DNA of 41,444 nt from Desulfobacterales bacterium (GTDB lineage: Bacteria > Desulfobacterota > Desulfobacteria > Desulfobacterales > SG8-13). The translations under genes were made by a program, and so were the position numbers. Of the stretch, positions 1-9,772 are shown one piece after another. Location of the stretch: NCBI GenBank assembly GCA_049687935.1, contig JBAVJU010000210.1:1-41444 (forward strand), written 5' to 3'. Under the pieces are notes generated by a model that saw only the letters and a list, made by a program, of their open reading frames with translations, was not told the origin of the DNA and made no database searches. Every line of letters begins with the position of its first letter. The first letter of the stretch is position 1.

Positions 1-2
1 GC

Positions 3-1364
3 TGCACGCTCTTCAAGGACCACGGCCGTTGGGTACTGGTCGATTTGCAGCCCCTGCACAGCGCAAAGCCGCCGGCAGGTCTGGCCGTCGATCTGGGCAC
101 CACTCGGGTCGTACTGCGGATAGTGGACCTTTCCAGCGGCGAGCTGTTGGGAGAATCGGCTTTCGACAACCCTCAAATCGACATCGGTCCCGACATTCTC
201 ACGCGTATCCACTATGCCGATCGGGCGGGCGGTTTGCAACAGTTGCAACAAATGATCTGCGAAGCGGTCAACCGGCAGATCATCGCGCTCTGCCATTCCT
301 GCTCGCGACTGCCGGAAGAAATCCTCCTGATCGCCGTGGCCGGCAACACCACCATGACACACCTGCTCCTGGGGCTGAGCCCGCACTGGATGATCCGGGA
401 GCCCTATATTCCGGTCACCAATCGCCCCGGCCTGGTCCCGGCCGTTTCTCTCGGTCTCCAGGTAAATCCGCAGGCCAGGGTGTTCGTCTTTCCCAATATC
501 GGCAGCTACTTCGGCGGTGATTTGATCGCCGGAATCCTTTACTCGGGTCTCCACCGGGCGGATGAACCGGCCTTGCTCGTCGATGTCGGCACCAACGCTG
601 AGGTTGTGCTCGGCAACAGCCAGTGGTTGATTGCCTGTGCCGGTGCCGCCGGCCCGGCTTTGGAAAGCGGGGTGACCCGCATGGGCACGCTGGCCGCCCC
701 CGGTGTCATCGATCGCGTGCGCTTCGACCGCACGGCAAAGCGTTTCGAATTTCACACGATCTCGGACCGGCCGCCGCACGGCATATGCGGATCGGGCTTG
801 ATCGACCTCGCCGCCCAGCTCTTCCTCGGCGGTCTGGTCGACTTCCACGGCCGATTTCAACCGCGGGCGTGCGGCGATCGACTGATTGACATCGACGGCA
901 TCGAGCACCTGATCGTGGTGCCGGCCACAGACTCGGCCACCGGCAAAGCCCTGACCATCAGTCAAACGGATCTCGACAGCCTCATCCGCTCCAAAGCCGC
1001 CATGTATACGATTCTTGAAACCATCACGGGCACGGTCGGCATCCGACTGGAGGACATCGCTCATTTCTACGTCGCCGGCACCTTCGGCACCTTCATCCAA
1101 CCGTCCTCGGCCATCGGCATCGGCATGCTGCCGGACCTGCCGCTGAAAACTTTCAAGCCGCTGGGCAACAGTTCCCTCGGCGGCGCCACGTTGCTGCTGA
1201 GCTCGGATGGTCGCATGGAAGAAATCGACCGGATTCGGGACCGCATCACCTATCTCGAGCTCAATGTCAACCAGGATTTCATGAACCGTTTTTCGGCGGC
1301 CAAGTTCCTGCCCCACACCGACCGCAGTCGTTTTCCATCCGTTCACCCGCCCGTTGATTTTTGA
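3..1364 (+). CDS. ASKHA-fold protein of the DUF4445 / RACo-like (corrinoid reductive activase C-terminal) family; N-terminus lies outside the window
   Basis: Frame 3 is open from the window edge, with no stop before the listed Met at 45. It carries actin/sugar-kinase-like motifs typical of this family: AVDLGTT, AGNTTMTHLL, VDVGTNAEVV and GICGSGLIDL. Confidence 0.7.
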   Translation, partial: CTLFKDHGRWVLVDLQPLHSAKPPAGLAVDLGTTRVVLRIVDLSSGELLGESAFDNPQIDIGPDILTRIHYADRAGGLQQLQQMICEAVNRQIIALCHSCSRLPEEILLIAVAGNTTMTHLLLGLSPHWMIREPYIPVTNRPGLVPAVSLGLQVNPQARVFVFPNIGSYFGGDLIAGILYSGLHRADEPALLVDVGTNAEVVLGNSQWLIACAGAAGPALESGVTRMGTLAAPGVIDRVRFDRTAKRFEFHTISDRPPHGICGSGLIDLAAQLFLGGLVDFHGRFQPRACGDRLIDIDGIEHLIVVPATDSATGKALTISQTDLDSLIRSKAAMYTILETITGTVGIRLEDIAHFYVAGTFGTFIQPSSAIGIGMLPDLPLKTFKPLGNSSLGGATLLLSSDGRMEEIDRIRDRITYLELNVNQDFMNRFSAAKFLPHTDRSRFPSVHPPVDF

Positions 1365-1407
1365 AAAATAGACATTCCAAAATGTGGCGTTGTTTTTAAG
1401 CGAGCCC

Positions 1408-3159
1408 TTAGCGTTCTATGAGGAAGAGGTGAATAAATCTGGGGTCGAGATCTGCTGTATCGACCTGGCCGTACTCTTCTTCTATTTCGAGAAACAAGTT
1501 CTCCAGCACCGACCCGAGCCGATTGGTGATCTCATTGGAACGCATTCCGGTCAGCCCGCAGAGCCACGAAAGGAAGGATTGCTTCATGACCGGCGCGACA
1601 CGGCGCGGCCGGTCATTGCTCTGCCAGAGCTTTTCGAAAAACAGCCTGAATTCGGCCCTGGTCAGAAACCGATTTTTCTCGGTGCAGCCGACCCGCTCGA
1701 GCGCCCAAAGGGTCAGCATCAGGTTTTTATAGATTAAAAACCGACGCGCAGACAGCAATTCCGGCGCTATGGTCAGCAGTGAGAAAAGGTGGTCGCAGGC
1801 CATGACGGCATCCAGCGCGGTGGCTGTCTGCCGCAGTTCGTCGACGGTGCTGAAATCCCGGTACATGCGGCCGGATACATAATTGTCGAAGAACATCGGT
1901 TTCTTGACCAGCAAACCGCCCAGAACGCCCAGCCAATCCTCGCCCCAAAACGTCAGGGAAAGCCCCTGGCCGGCAAACCAGGATCGATCCAGCCAACGCT
2001 GCGCGCGCCATTTCAATTCGAGCACCTGCCCATAACCGACCCTGAAAATATCGGACAACGGGTGACGTTGAACCAAAGCCGCCGACAGATGGGTGACCGA
2101 ATGGCCGTTCGCCTCTGTTTCGGCCGCCAAGGTCTCCAGGCCAATCGACAGGAAGCCGTCGGCCTTTTTCACCACCGCCCGCAGGTCGTCTTTGCTGTGG
2201 ACCGGAGCAAAATCGGCCGCGATGATCCGATTGCAAAGGCCGGCGAATTCGGTCTGCAACTGCTCCAAAACAGTCCCGGTCTCGATTTGGGCCAGCGTAC
2301 CGGAAAAGATGCTGCCGCTTTCGAGCACTCCCGCCGGGTAGAGAGGAACGGGTACACTGATCTCGGCCGCCGTTCGGGGCAGAATCTTATGGTTTCGTCC
2401 GGATAGTTGCCGCGAAGTGAGCGGTTGATAGACACCCACGGCCTCTTCGAAGGGAAGGAAACCTTTCTCTGACAGTCTGACGTTTCGCAGACGGTAGGCC
2501 TCTTCTTCGCTTTCGGCCGGCATGGTGTAAGCCGCCTCCAGCAGCAGTGTCTGGTAGACAACGTGGTCAAAGGCGGCTAAGCTTTGAATCAATTTCGTCA
2601 GGAAAACACGATAACCCTTTCTCTCGATGTCACCCAGTTCGGATTCGGAGGCAAAGAGCGGACCGGTGATCCGCACATAGAAGACACTGTCGAGCGTAAA
2701 GAAGTCTTCCCCGAACTCTGATGGATCCTGATCGTGTTCACAGACTCTCACCTCGATGTTCTTGAAGAGAAACAGCGTGAGCAGTTCGGTTTTTTGTTCG
2801 ATCAGCCATTTGATCGTTCGCCGGGCGTCGGCCCGGTAGAGCAGATCGAACCACCGGGTCAGCGCCGCCGCCTCGATGCGGTCCCGGTGCCAGGTCTCGA
2901 TGTCCAGCACGTATTCCCATTGCCGCTCGGAAGCCAGTGCCAGCAGCGGTAGGGCGTCTTCGGCGCCGATGTCGTGAATCAGCAAAAAGAGATCCTGCTC
3001 CGGGAAGGAGTGCACCAGGGCCGCCGGTTGGGCCGACTCGAGAATTCGCTGCATCGTTTTTTCCGGCGGCAGTGTCAGCAGTTCTTTTCTCTGACGGTTC
3101 AGATCTGCGATGCGGGCCGGTATTTTCTTGTCTACGGTGTCTTTCATCGTTCTCGTCAA
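1408..3159 (-). CDS. conserved hypothetical protein, 583 aa (possibly DUF6178-type; recalled, not verified)
   Basis: Long uninterrupted ORF with coding-like composition. The codon at 3159 is TTG and overlaps the ampG stop (TTGA). An alternative ATG lies at 3147 (MKDTVDKK). I recognise no catalytic motif. Confidence 0.6.
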   Translation of the reverse strand: MTRTMKDTVDKKIPARIADLNRQRKELLTLPPEKTMQRILESAQPAALVHSFPEQDLFLLIHDIGAEDALPLLALASERQWEYVLDIETWHRDRIEAAALTRWFDLLYRADARRTIKWLIEQKTELLTLFLFKNIEVRVCEHDQDPSEFGEDFFTLDSVFYVRITGPLFASESELGDIERKGYRVFLTKLIQSLAAFDHVVYQTLLLEAAYTMPAESEEEAYRLRNVRLSEKGFLPFEEAVGVYQPLTSRQLSGRNHKILPRTAAEISVPVPLYPAGVLESGSIFSGTLAQIETGTVLEQLQTEFAGLCNRIIAADFAPVHSKDDLRAVVKKADGFLSIGLETLAAETEANGHSVTHLSAALVQRHPLSDIFRVGYGQVLELKWRAQRWLDRSWFAGQGLSLTFWGEDWLGVLGGLLVKKPMFFDNYVSGRMYRDFSTVDELRQTATALDAVMACDHLFSLLTIAPELLSARRFLIYKNLMLTLWALERVGCTEKNRFLTRAEFRLFFEKLWQSNDRPRRVAPVMKQSFLSWLCGLTGMRSNEITNRLGSVLENLFLEIEEEYGQVDTADLDPRFIHLFLIER

Positions 3160-4415
3160 ATCTCGTCGTGTTTAACGCCGCCGGGGGCGAATTTCAACAG
3201 CAGGAGCATACCGGGAACAGCAATCAGCGCGCAGAAGATAAAAAAAGACTCCCAGCCGAGAAACTTGGCCAGAAAACCGGTGGGCGCGGCGGCCATGACG
3301 CGGGGAACGCCCATCAGGCTCGACAACAGGGCGTACTGGGTTGCGGTAAACTTCTTGTTGGTAATGCTGGCCATGAAGGCGACAAAGGCGGCCGTACCCA
3401 TACCGCTGCTGAGGTTTTCAAACGTCACCACCCCGGCCAGCCAAGGCAGACTGTGCCCGATGCGGGCCAGCACTGCAAAACAGCCGGTGGAGGCCGCCTG
3501 CAGGAAGCCGAAAATCCACAGACTGCGATGAATGCCGATGCGGATCATCAAGACGCCGCCGATGACGCTCCCGGCGATGGTGGCCCAAAAGCCGAAGAGC
3601 TTGACGACCGCGCCGATCTCCGATTTTGAGAATCCGAGGTCCAGGTAAAAGGGGATGGTCATGGCAGTGGCCATCGAGTCGCCGATCTTGTAAAGCAGAA
3701 TAAACCCGAGCATCCATAAGGCACTGCTGCGGTTGAAGTACTCGATCAAAGGCTCGATCGCGGCTTCCTTGAGGCTTGCAGGCGTTCCGGACGGTGTCTC
3801 AGGTTCCGGTGTCAGAAGGGTGGTCGCCACGCCGGGCAGCAGACAGGCGGCCATGACGAGATAGACAGCGGGAAACGGCATGTGGTCGGCCATGATCAGA
3901 CCGCCGCCCGAAGCCAGGAGCATACCCAGCCGATAGCCGTTGATGTAAAGCGACGAGCCCAGGCCGAGTTCTTCATCAGCCAGGTCTTCCCGTCGGTAGG
4001 CATCCACCACGATATCCTGGGAGGCACTGAAAAAAGTGACCAGAAGGGCGGTAACCGCCACCAGCCAGGGGTTCCGGGCCGGATCGGTCAACGCGAGTCC
4101 GACGATGGCGCTCATAAGCGCCAATTGGATGACCAGCAACCAGCCTCGCCTGCGGCCCAGGAAAGGCAAGGTGAAACGGTCCACGAAAGGGGCCCAGAGA
4201 AACTTAAGCGTATAAGGAAGCCCGACCAACGCCATCAGGCCGATGACGGTCAGGTCTACGCCGGCCTCCTTCATCCAGGCCTGAAGAAGACTCACGGTGA
4301 GCAGCAGGGGCAGTCCGCAGGCAAAGCCCATCAAAAGCGCCACGAGCATGCGCCGGCTGAAGACGACCCTCGTCAAGGTGGGGCGTCCGCCATTCAATCT
4401 CCGGGTGGTCGTCAT
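3156..4415 (-). CDS. ampG: AmpG-family muropeptide permease (MFS)
   Basis: 419 aa and polytopic. The N-terminal signature GFACGLPLLLTVSLLQAWMKEAGVDLTVIGLMALVGLPYTLKFLWAPFVDRF closely resembles the AmpG consensus. Confidence 0.8.
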   Translation of the reverse strand: MTTTRRLNGGRPTLTRVVFSRRMLVALLMGFACGLPLLLTVSLLQAWMKEAGVDLTVIGLMALVGLPYTLKFLWAPFVDRFTLPFLGRRRGWLLVIQLALMSAIVGLALTDPARNPWLVAVTALLVTFFSASQDIVVDAYRREDLADEELGLGSSLYINGYRLGMLLASGGGLIMADHMPFPAVYLVMAACLLPGVATTLLTPEPETPSGTPASLKEAAIEPLIEYFNRSSALWMLGFILLYKIGDSMATAMTIPFYLDLGFSKSEIGAVVKLFGFWATIAGSVIGGVLMIRIGIHRSLWIFGFLQAASTGCFAVLARIGHSLPWLAGVVTFENLSSGMGTAAFVAFMASITNKKFTATQYALLSSLMGVPRVMAAAPTGFLAKFLGWESFFIFCALIAVPGMLLLLKFAPGGVKHDEI

Positions 4416-4449
4416 GGCGGACTCCCATGTCTTAAAGCAACCGCGTGCC

Positions 4450-6420
4450 TCAACCGCCCGGGTTCGCTTTCAGCAGGTCGGCAGGTGTGACCTTGGAACC
4501 ATATTTTTCTTTCAGTGCCAACAACCCGTCACGCTGCTCGTTCAGAACCTCGAACAACTGCCGCGGCAGGCTGTCCTCCTTTCCGTAAGCGTTTATCTGC
4601 AGTTCGATACGGGCCAGAATGTTGTCGATGTAAAGTGAAAACTGCTTGATATAGAGGTCTTGCGGGTAGTCCTTGTCGATAATCTCCTTGAAGAGCTTCT
4701 TCAGATCCTCGTATTTGGGGAGATATCCGATGGGGGTGTCGATGGCCGACACCTCACGGTGAGCCCTCCGGTCCAGCCACGCCAGCCAAACCTTGACGTC
4801 CCGTTTTTCGCCAAGCAGCTTCTTGGATGTGCCCCCCCGGGCCGCGTCGGTCAGGAAGTAGTTCAATCCGGCCATAATCGGTTTCTTGTCGTCGGATAAG
4901 CCCTTATGGCCGAAAAACCGGAACTGGGCATCCATGTAATCCCCCAGGGCCCCCGGTATGAACGGTGCATTGGCCCACGGGGAACGTCGAACACCGGTGG
5001 CACCAACCTCCGTGGCAGTAGCGGCTGAAACGATGCAGGCACCGATCACCACCCCTTGATCGGAATTTTTAGCCACCCAGACTGGCGGCATGGTGTCGCT
5101 GTCGCGACCGCTGTAAGTGATCGCGCGCGTTTCGACGCCCGCGGGGTCTTCAGCGGCCGGTGAATAATTGTCCAAGGCCGATGAGGCCAGCGTGCAACGG
5201 GAGTTGGGATGAGAAAGCGGGATCGGTTTGCCGTTTTTGTCGACCATTCCCTGCTCCCAGGGACCTTGGAAGTTAATCCCCCTGCTGGGATTCTCACCAT
5301 TGCCTGTCCACTGGGGCTGACCGTTTTCATCGATCAGCACGTTTGACCAGATCACCTCTGTTCCGGGATTTCGGAGGCACTTCATCAGCAAGGGGTCGCC
5401 GTCCCAGTTGACGTCCTCGACGATTCCAAAAATGCCGCACTCCGGATTGGCGGAACGGACGCTGCCGTCGCCGGCGATCCACATCTGAGCCAAGTCATCT
5501 CCCACAAAGTGATTGCCGGCCATGGCCGTGGTGGTTTTGCCACATCCACTGGGAGCGGCACCGGCGACCCAGGTGATGCGGCCGCCCGGGCCGTCGATCC
5601 CGGTGATAAACATGTGTTCGCTGAGCTCATTGCCACGGTTTTCGTAAATCGCCTTATCGACCGAAAAACGGTGGTTCCCCTTTTTGAGCAGCAGGGTGTT
5701 GCCGGCATAAGTGCAGTTGATACTGTATGTGGCCTGATAGCTGCGATCCATATATACCCGCGCGCTCGGCAGGTCTTCCGGACGGTTCAAGCCTTGACTG
5801 TGGATGTTGGTATAAAAATGACCGAGACGCTTTACTTGTTCATCGAAATGGTCAAAGGCATTGCGGTAGAGAATTTCGGCGCTGTGCGAGACATAGGCCG
5901 AACTGGTGATCTCGAGCGCCGGATTCGAGACCGGCGCGCCGACCGGACCGCGCAGGTAGAAGCCGACAATCATCGTCATGCCGGCCATGATGCCGGACAT
6001 CTTGTCGCGGATGTCGTTAAGAGCCTCGTGCCGGTCGATTTTATTGGCCAGCGTACTGACCAGGTCCCCCGGATTGGTGAAGTAGAAAGTCCGATCGATG
6101 ATTCGGCCTTGCTCCTCTCTGAGATCGTAGTGAATGGTGTGCCCCGGCATGGGCAGCTTCGACTCTTCGCCTCTTTCGAGAGCCAGGTCCCGGATGAACT
6201 GCCGGTCGGATTCGGTTCCCGTGTTGATGAACACGTGCTCCGGCCGGCACATGGCAAGGGCATTGGCAATTTTCAGATTAACTTCGGGATGCTTGACCCG
6301 TTGCAGCCGCGAAAATTGTTCGGCATCCAGTTTTTCTTCGAACAGCCGCGCAGCGGCCTCCGGGGTTTTGATCCCGCCGATTTCAACGATAATGTCGACT
6401 CCTTCCTTTTTCTTCATCAT
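4450..6420 (-). CDS. pckG: phosphoenolpyruvate carboxykinase (GTP)
   Basis: 656 aa with a kinase P-loop, APSGCGKTTTAMAG (compare PSACGKTN in GTP-PEPCKs). Length and overall pattern fit the GTP-dependent family. Confidence 0.85.
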   Translation of the reverse strand: MMKKKEGVDIIVEIGGIKTPEAAARLFEEKLDAEQFSRLQRVKHPEVNLKIANALAMCRPEHVFINTGTESDRQFIRDLALERGEESKLPMPGHTIHYDLREEQGRIIDRTFYFTNPGDLVSTLANKIDRHEALNDIRDKMSGIMAGMTMIVGFYLRGPVGAPVSNPALEITSSAYVSHSAEILYRNAFDHFDEQVKRLGHFYTNIHSQGLNRPEDLPSARVYMDRSYQATYSINCTYAGNTLLLKKGNHRFSVDKAIYENRGNELSEHMFITGIDGPGGRITWVAGAAPSGCGKTTTAMAGNHFVGDDLAQMWIAGDGSVRSANPECGIFGIVEDVNWDGDPLLMKCLRNPGTEVIWSNVLIDENGQPQWTGNGENPSRGINFQGPWEQGMVDKNGKPIPLSHPNSRCTLASSALDNYSPAAEDPAGVETRAITYSGRDSDTMPPVWVAKNSDQGVVIGACIVSAATATEVGATGVRRSPWANAPFIPGALGDYMDAQFRFFGHKGLSDDKKPIMAGLNYFLTDAARGGTSKKLLGEKRDVKVWLAWLDRRAHREVSAIDTPIGYLPKYEDLKKLFKEIIDKDYPQDLYIKQFSLYIDNILARIELQINAYGKEDSLPRQLFEVLNEQRDGLLALKEKYGSKVTPADLLKANPGG

Positions 6421-6610
6421 AGAGCAACTCCCTCTGCAAATACGGTGTTGAGGATCACAAATTCGATATCTCGAACAAAATGTCGCTCATCGGGGTCTGT
6501 CTTTTGCCTTGCGTTACGGCCCGCATACGTGAATTTTGAGACATTCGACGCACCGTGAACACAAACCAATATCCTTCGACATTTTGGTCAATTTATTTCG
6601 TCTCCGATCC

Positions 6611-7249
6611 TTAGTGGAATTTTTCGAAAACCGGCATGTGCTGTCGAATCCAGATTAGAACTTTCTCCATTTCGCGTTTCAGCTCCGCCAGAGCTTTTCC
6701 CCGGTGACTGATGGTGCTTTTTTCGGTGCGGGTCAATTCGGCAAACGTTTTTTTCAACGGGGGGTAATAGAAGATCGGATCGTAACCAAAACCGTTGCGA
6801 CCGACCGGCTTCTCGGCAATCAACCCCTCGCAGCGGGCTTCGTATGTCAAGGCCTGTCCGGTCGGCACCGCAATCGAGATGACGCACTCAAAGGCTGCCC
6901 GGCGGTCGGGTTTGCCATCCATCTCTGCCAGCAACCGGGCACAGCGGTCCGCGTCAGTGGCGTGATCTCCGGCAAAGCGCGCGGAATATACGCCTGGCGC
7001 GCCGCCAAGGGTTTCGACGATCAAGCCGGAATCATCGGCCAGCGCCGGCAAGCCCAGGACCCTGGCCGTGAAGCTTGCCTTTTTGTATGCATTTTCCTCG
7101 AAACTCTGCCCGTCTTCTTCGACTTCGGGAATTTGGCCAAAGTCATCAATATTTCCGATCTGCACCGGAAATCCCTTCAGCAGGTCCCGGATCTCGGCTG
7201 TTTTACCGGGATTTCGGGTGGCAATAACCAGGCGAGTGGTATCCTCCAT
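6611..7249 (-). CDS. rdgB: RdgB/HAM1 non-canonical purine NTP pyrophosphatase
   Basis: Family motifs LVIATRNPGKTAEI, DDSGL, GAPGVYSAR, FGYDPIF and SHRG. I prefer the ATG at 7249 (MEDTTRL) because an AGGA Shine-Dalgarno sits 5 nt upstream. The ORF track extends to 7279. Confidence 0.85.
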   Translation of the reverse strand: MEDTTRLVIATRNPGKTAEIRDLLKGFPVQIGNIDDFGQIPEVEEDGQSFEENAYKKASFTARVLGLPALADDSGLIVETLGGAPGVYSARFAGDHATDADRCARLLAEMDGKPDRRAAFECVISIAVPTGQALTYEARCEGLIAEKPVGRNGFGYDPIFYYPPLKKTFAELTRTEKSTISHRGKALAELKREMEKVLIWIRQHMPVFEKFH

Positions 7250-7769
7250 GAAAGTCCTCATCGATCGAAAGGTGCACATCAGCGAGTTGAGCCCGACATA
7301 AGGCTCTTTCAGTACACCGCATACACTTTGAAAAAGAAAAAAACCAGCGCTAAAATGCTGATGGTGTGGTTTCAGTCGATTGGCATCCCATCACATGGAA
7401 TCAACGGTATGAACGATCCGCCGGAGACCATTGGAGAACATAAGTTTCGTAAATTTAAGTGAAAATATAATTCATGGCGGTGTTTTTGTAAATGGTTTTC
7501 AAATTGCGAAAACCGCTCGCCGTCCCCGGCCCTGATATTGATGAAAATTATTGGTCCGCTTCCGACGAACCGTCGGTCCCCCCGGATCGGATTAAATTCA
7601 GGTATTTGGGTGGCATTTGTGATTCGGCTTGTGATCTCTGCCAGTCGTCCTTTCGAAAATACGGCCTGCTTTGTGGTACGGGCCAGGTGGTCAGTTCTTT
7701 ACAAAAACCGATCCTTGTGTGATAAAATGATGTATCGGGTTCACGCAAAGAGTAAGACCGCAATTTCAA

Positions 7770-7832
7770 GCGCTGAGGCGCCTGTCCGTCAAGGCGCGAG
7801 AGCGCAGGAATATCCGCATATTCCGAATTTTC
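7770..7832 (+). terminator. two tandem stem-loops followed by a short T-tract (possible intrinsic terminator or sRNA 3' end)
   Basis: Hairpin 1: 7770-7774/7801-7805 (GCGCT/AGCGC) and 7778-7782/7793-7797 (GCGCC/GGCGC), separated by a symmetric GAG/GAG internal loop. Hairpin 2: GGAATAT (7807-7813), loop CCGC, ATATTCC (7818-7824), followed by GAATTTTC. Confidence 0.3.
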
Positions 7833-7952
7833 GCACCTGAAGCCGGAGGGGATGAATCGGCGTCCAAAATGTGACGTGTCTTCGAGTGAGCCCTTAATCA
7901 CCCGGGCAGCGCATTTCCCGATACAGAATGCACCCTTTCCTGATAATTGCCT

Positions 7953-9653
7953 ATGCTCCAGGAACTATCCATCCGCAACTTTGCCATCATAGATGACTTA
8001 AGAATTCAATTCGCGCCGGGCCTCACCATCCTGAGTGGCGAAACCGGCGCCGGCAAGTCGATTCTCATCAATGCCATCAACCTTGTGCTCGGTAGTCGGG
8101 CATCGGCCGCCCTGATCCGCACCGGCTGCGGAGCAGCCGAGTTGGAGGCCCTGTTTCACGTTTCACCGCGAAGTGCCGCGGCCCGGACCATGGAAGCGAG
8201 CGGATACACGTCTGGTGAAGGCTTGCTGATTCGGCGCATCGTCTCCAGCACAGACAGCAACCGGATTTACATCAACGGCCGCCTGGCCACTATGCAGCTT
8301 CTCTGCACCATTACGGAGAATTTGGCCAGTATTTCCGGACAGCACGTTCATCAAAACCTCCTGAAAGAGGAACAGCACCTATTGATTCTCGATCAATTCG
8401 GCGGATTGTTGCCCATGCGCCAGGCGATTTTCGAGATCTACCACGAAATGTTGCCACTGATGGAAAAATTGGAGCGCCTGAAGGCGCTCAAAAACCGGCG
8501 GGCACAGCAGGTTGAACTCCTCCAATTCCAACGCGGAGAGATCGAATCCGCCGCCCTGACCGAACGCGAAGACGCTCGCCTCGAACAGGAACGCAACCGG
8601 TTGAAGAACAGTGAATTGCTCTTTCAAACGGTTTACCAAGCAGTCGAAGACATTTACAGCGGGCAGGGCTCGGTGGCCGAAAAGCTGGCGGCCGTGCGAA
8701 AAAACCTCGAAAAAGCCGACCGGCTCGATAGTGCCCTCTCCACGGGAGTCGACCATCTGACCCAAATCAATTTTCTGTTGGAGGAACTGATCGACCACCT
8801 CCGGCGCTATCTAAAAACGGTTGAGACGGACGAAAACCGTTTGGAGGCGGTGGAAGAACGATTGGATCTGATCAACAAACTCAAGCGGAAATACGGCGGC
8901 TCCCTGGAGGCGGTTCTGGCCCATAGCGAGGCCATTTCGCTGGAACTGACTGAAGTCGAAAATGTCGACGAACAGATTACCGTTACTGAAAAGCAGCTTG
9001 CTGGCTGTCACAGCCGACTGGCGGAGTCGGCGCTAAACCTGTCACACCAGCGCCGAAAGACCGCGAAAGCGCTGGCGCATGAGGTGGAAGCCGAGCTGAA
9101 GAACCTGAAAATGGGCCGAACCCGATTTGAGGTGGCACTGCATCGTGTGCCGACTGGCGACGGGACATCCGCCTTTCTGCAGGTCAATGGAATGCAGGTT
9201 TTTGAGTCGGGTCTTGACCGGGCGGTCTTCAGGATCGCTCCGAACGTCGGCGAGGAACTCAAACCTTTGACCGCCATCGCGTCGGGCGGAGAGCTCTCGC
9301 GAATCGTTTTGGCGTTAAAATCCATCCTGGCTGAGACCGATGCCGTCGAAACCGTCATCTTCGATGAAGTCGATGCCGGTATCGGCGGCGGCACGGCTGA
9401 GGTCGTTGGTCTCAAACTTCTCGAGCTTTCCGCTCACCATCAGGTCATCTGCATCACTCACCTGCCTCAAATTGCCAAATTCGGAGCCCATCACTTCAGC
9501 ATTTCTAAAAAAGTCCTCAAGGGTCGAACCTTGACGGCCATTACGGTGCTGGACGAAAAAGGCCGAGTCGAAGAGCTTGCACGGATGCTTGGCGGAGTCG
9601 ACATCACCCCGACAACGTTGAACCATGCTCGGGAGCTGTTGAAACAAAGATAG
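7953..9653 (+). CDS. recN: DNA repair protein RecN
   Basis: MLQELSIRNFAIIDDL, Walker A GETGAGKS, a long coiled-coil middle region, the ABC-signature-like ASGGELSR and Walker B IFDEVDAGIGG. The ATG is at 7953; the track start at 7947 is TTG. Confidence 0.9.
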   Translation: MLQELSIRNFAIIDDLRIQFAPGLTILSGETGAGKSILINAINLVLGSRASAALIRTGCGAAELEALFHVSPRSAAARTMEASGYTSGEGLLIRRIVSSTDSNRIYINGRLATMQLLCTITENLASISGQHVHQNLLKEEQHLLILDQFGGLLPMRQAIFEIYHEMLPLMEKLERLKALKNRRAQQVELLQFQRGEIESAALTEREDARLEQERNRLKNSELLFQTVYQAVEDIYSGQGSVAEKLAAVRKNLEKADRLDSALSTGVDHLTQINFLLEELIDHLRRYLKTVETDENRLEAVEERLDLINKLKRKYGGSLEAVLAHSEAISLELTEVENVDEQITVTEKQLAGCHSRLAESALNLSHQRRKTAKALAHEVEAELKNLKMGRTRFEVALHRVPTGDGTSAFLQVNGMQVFESGLDRAVFRIAPNVGEELKPLTAIASGGELSRIVLALKSILAETDAVETVIFDEVDAGIGGGTAEVVGLKLLELSAHHQVICITHLPQIAKFGAHHFSISKKVLKGRTLTAITVLDEKGRVEELARMLGGVDITPTTLNHARELLKQR

Positions 9654-9704
9654 GACTGTCGGGGTCTCCATATATGATTGAAATGGATAAGTTGTTTCAA
9701 TTCC

Positions 9705-9733
9705 TTGACATTTAAGGCTATATTGAATATGGT
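9705..9733 (+). promoter_or_regulatory. sigma-70-like promoter for the zinc-ribbon gene
   Basis: TTGACA (9705-9710), a 17-nt spacer, then TATGGT (9728-9733), about 40 nt upstream of the ATG at 9773. A GAGGCGAGGGA purine-rich RBS precedes the start. Confidence 0.4.
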
Positions 9734-9772
9734 TAGTGTTTAAAATAAATATTTGAGGCGAGGGACCAACCG

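Noticed and set aside
29-520. 163-aa ORF in an alternative frame over the ASKHA gene
   Set aside because: It is an Arg/Pro/Gly-rich translation typical of an off-frame read through GC-rich coding DNA. The overlapping frame carries clear ASKHA motifs.
5509-6558. 349-aa ORF antisense to pckG
   Set aside because: This is a shadow ORF on the strand opposite a confidently identified gene. It has low-complexity R/G/D/V-rich composition and no recognisable motifs. The same reasoning rejects the antisense or off-frame ORFs at 1789-2406, 3882-4490, 6704-7462, 8379-8798, 9008-9415, 14552-15154, 23269-23907, 28209-28919, 28859-29449 and 36985-37707.
7492-7901. Three overlapping ORFs (76, 100 and 117 aa) in the rdgB-recN spacer
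   Set aside because: They have no RBS and no recognisable domains, their composition is unlike the neighbouring genes, and they are mutually exclusive. I treat the region as non-coding or regulatory instead.
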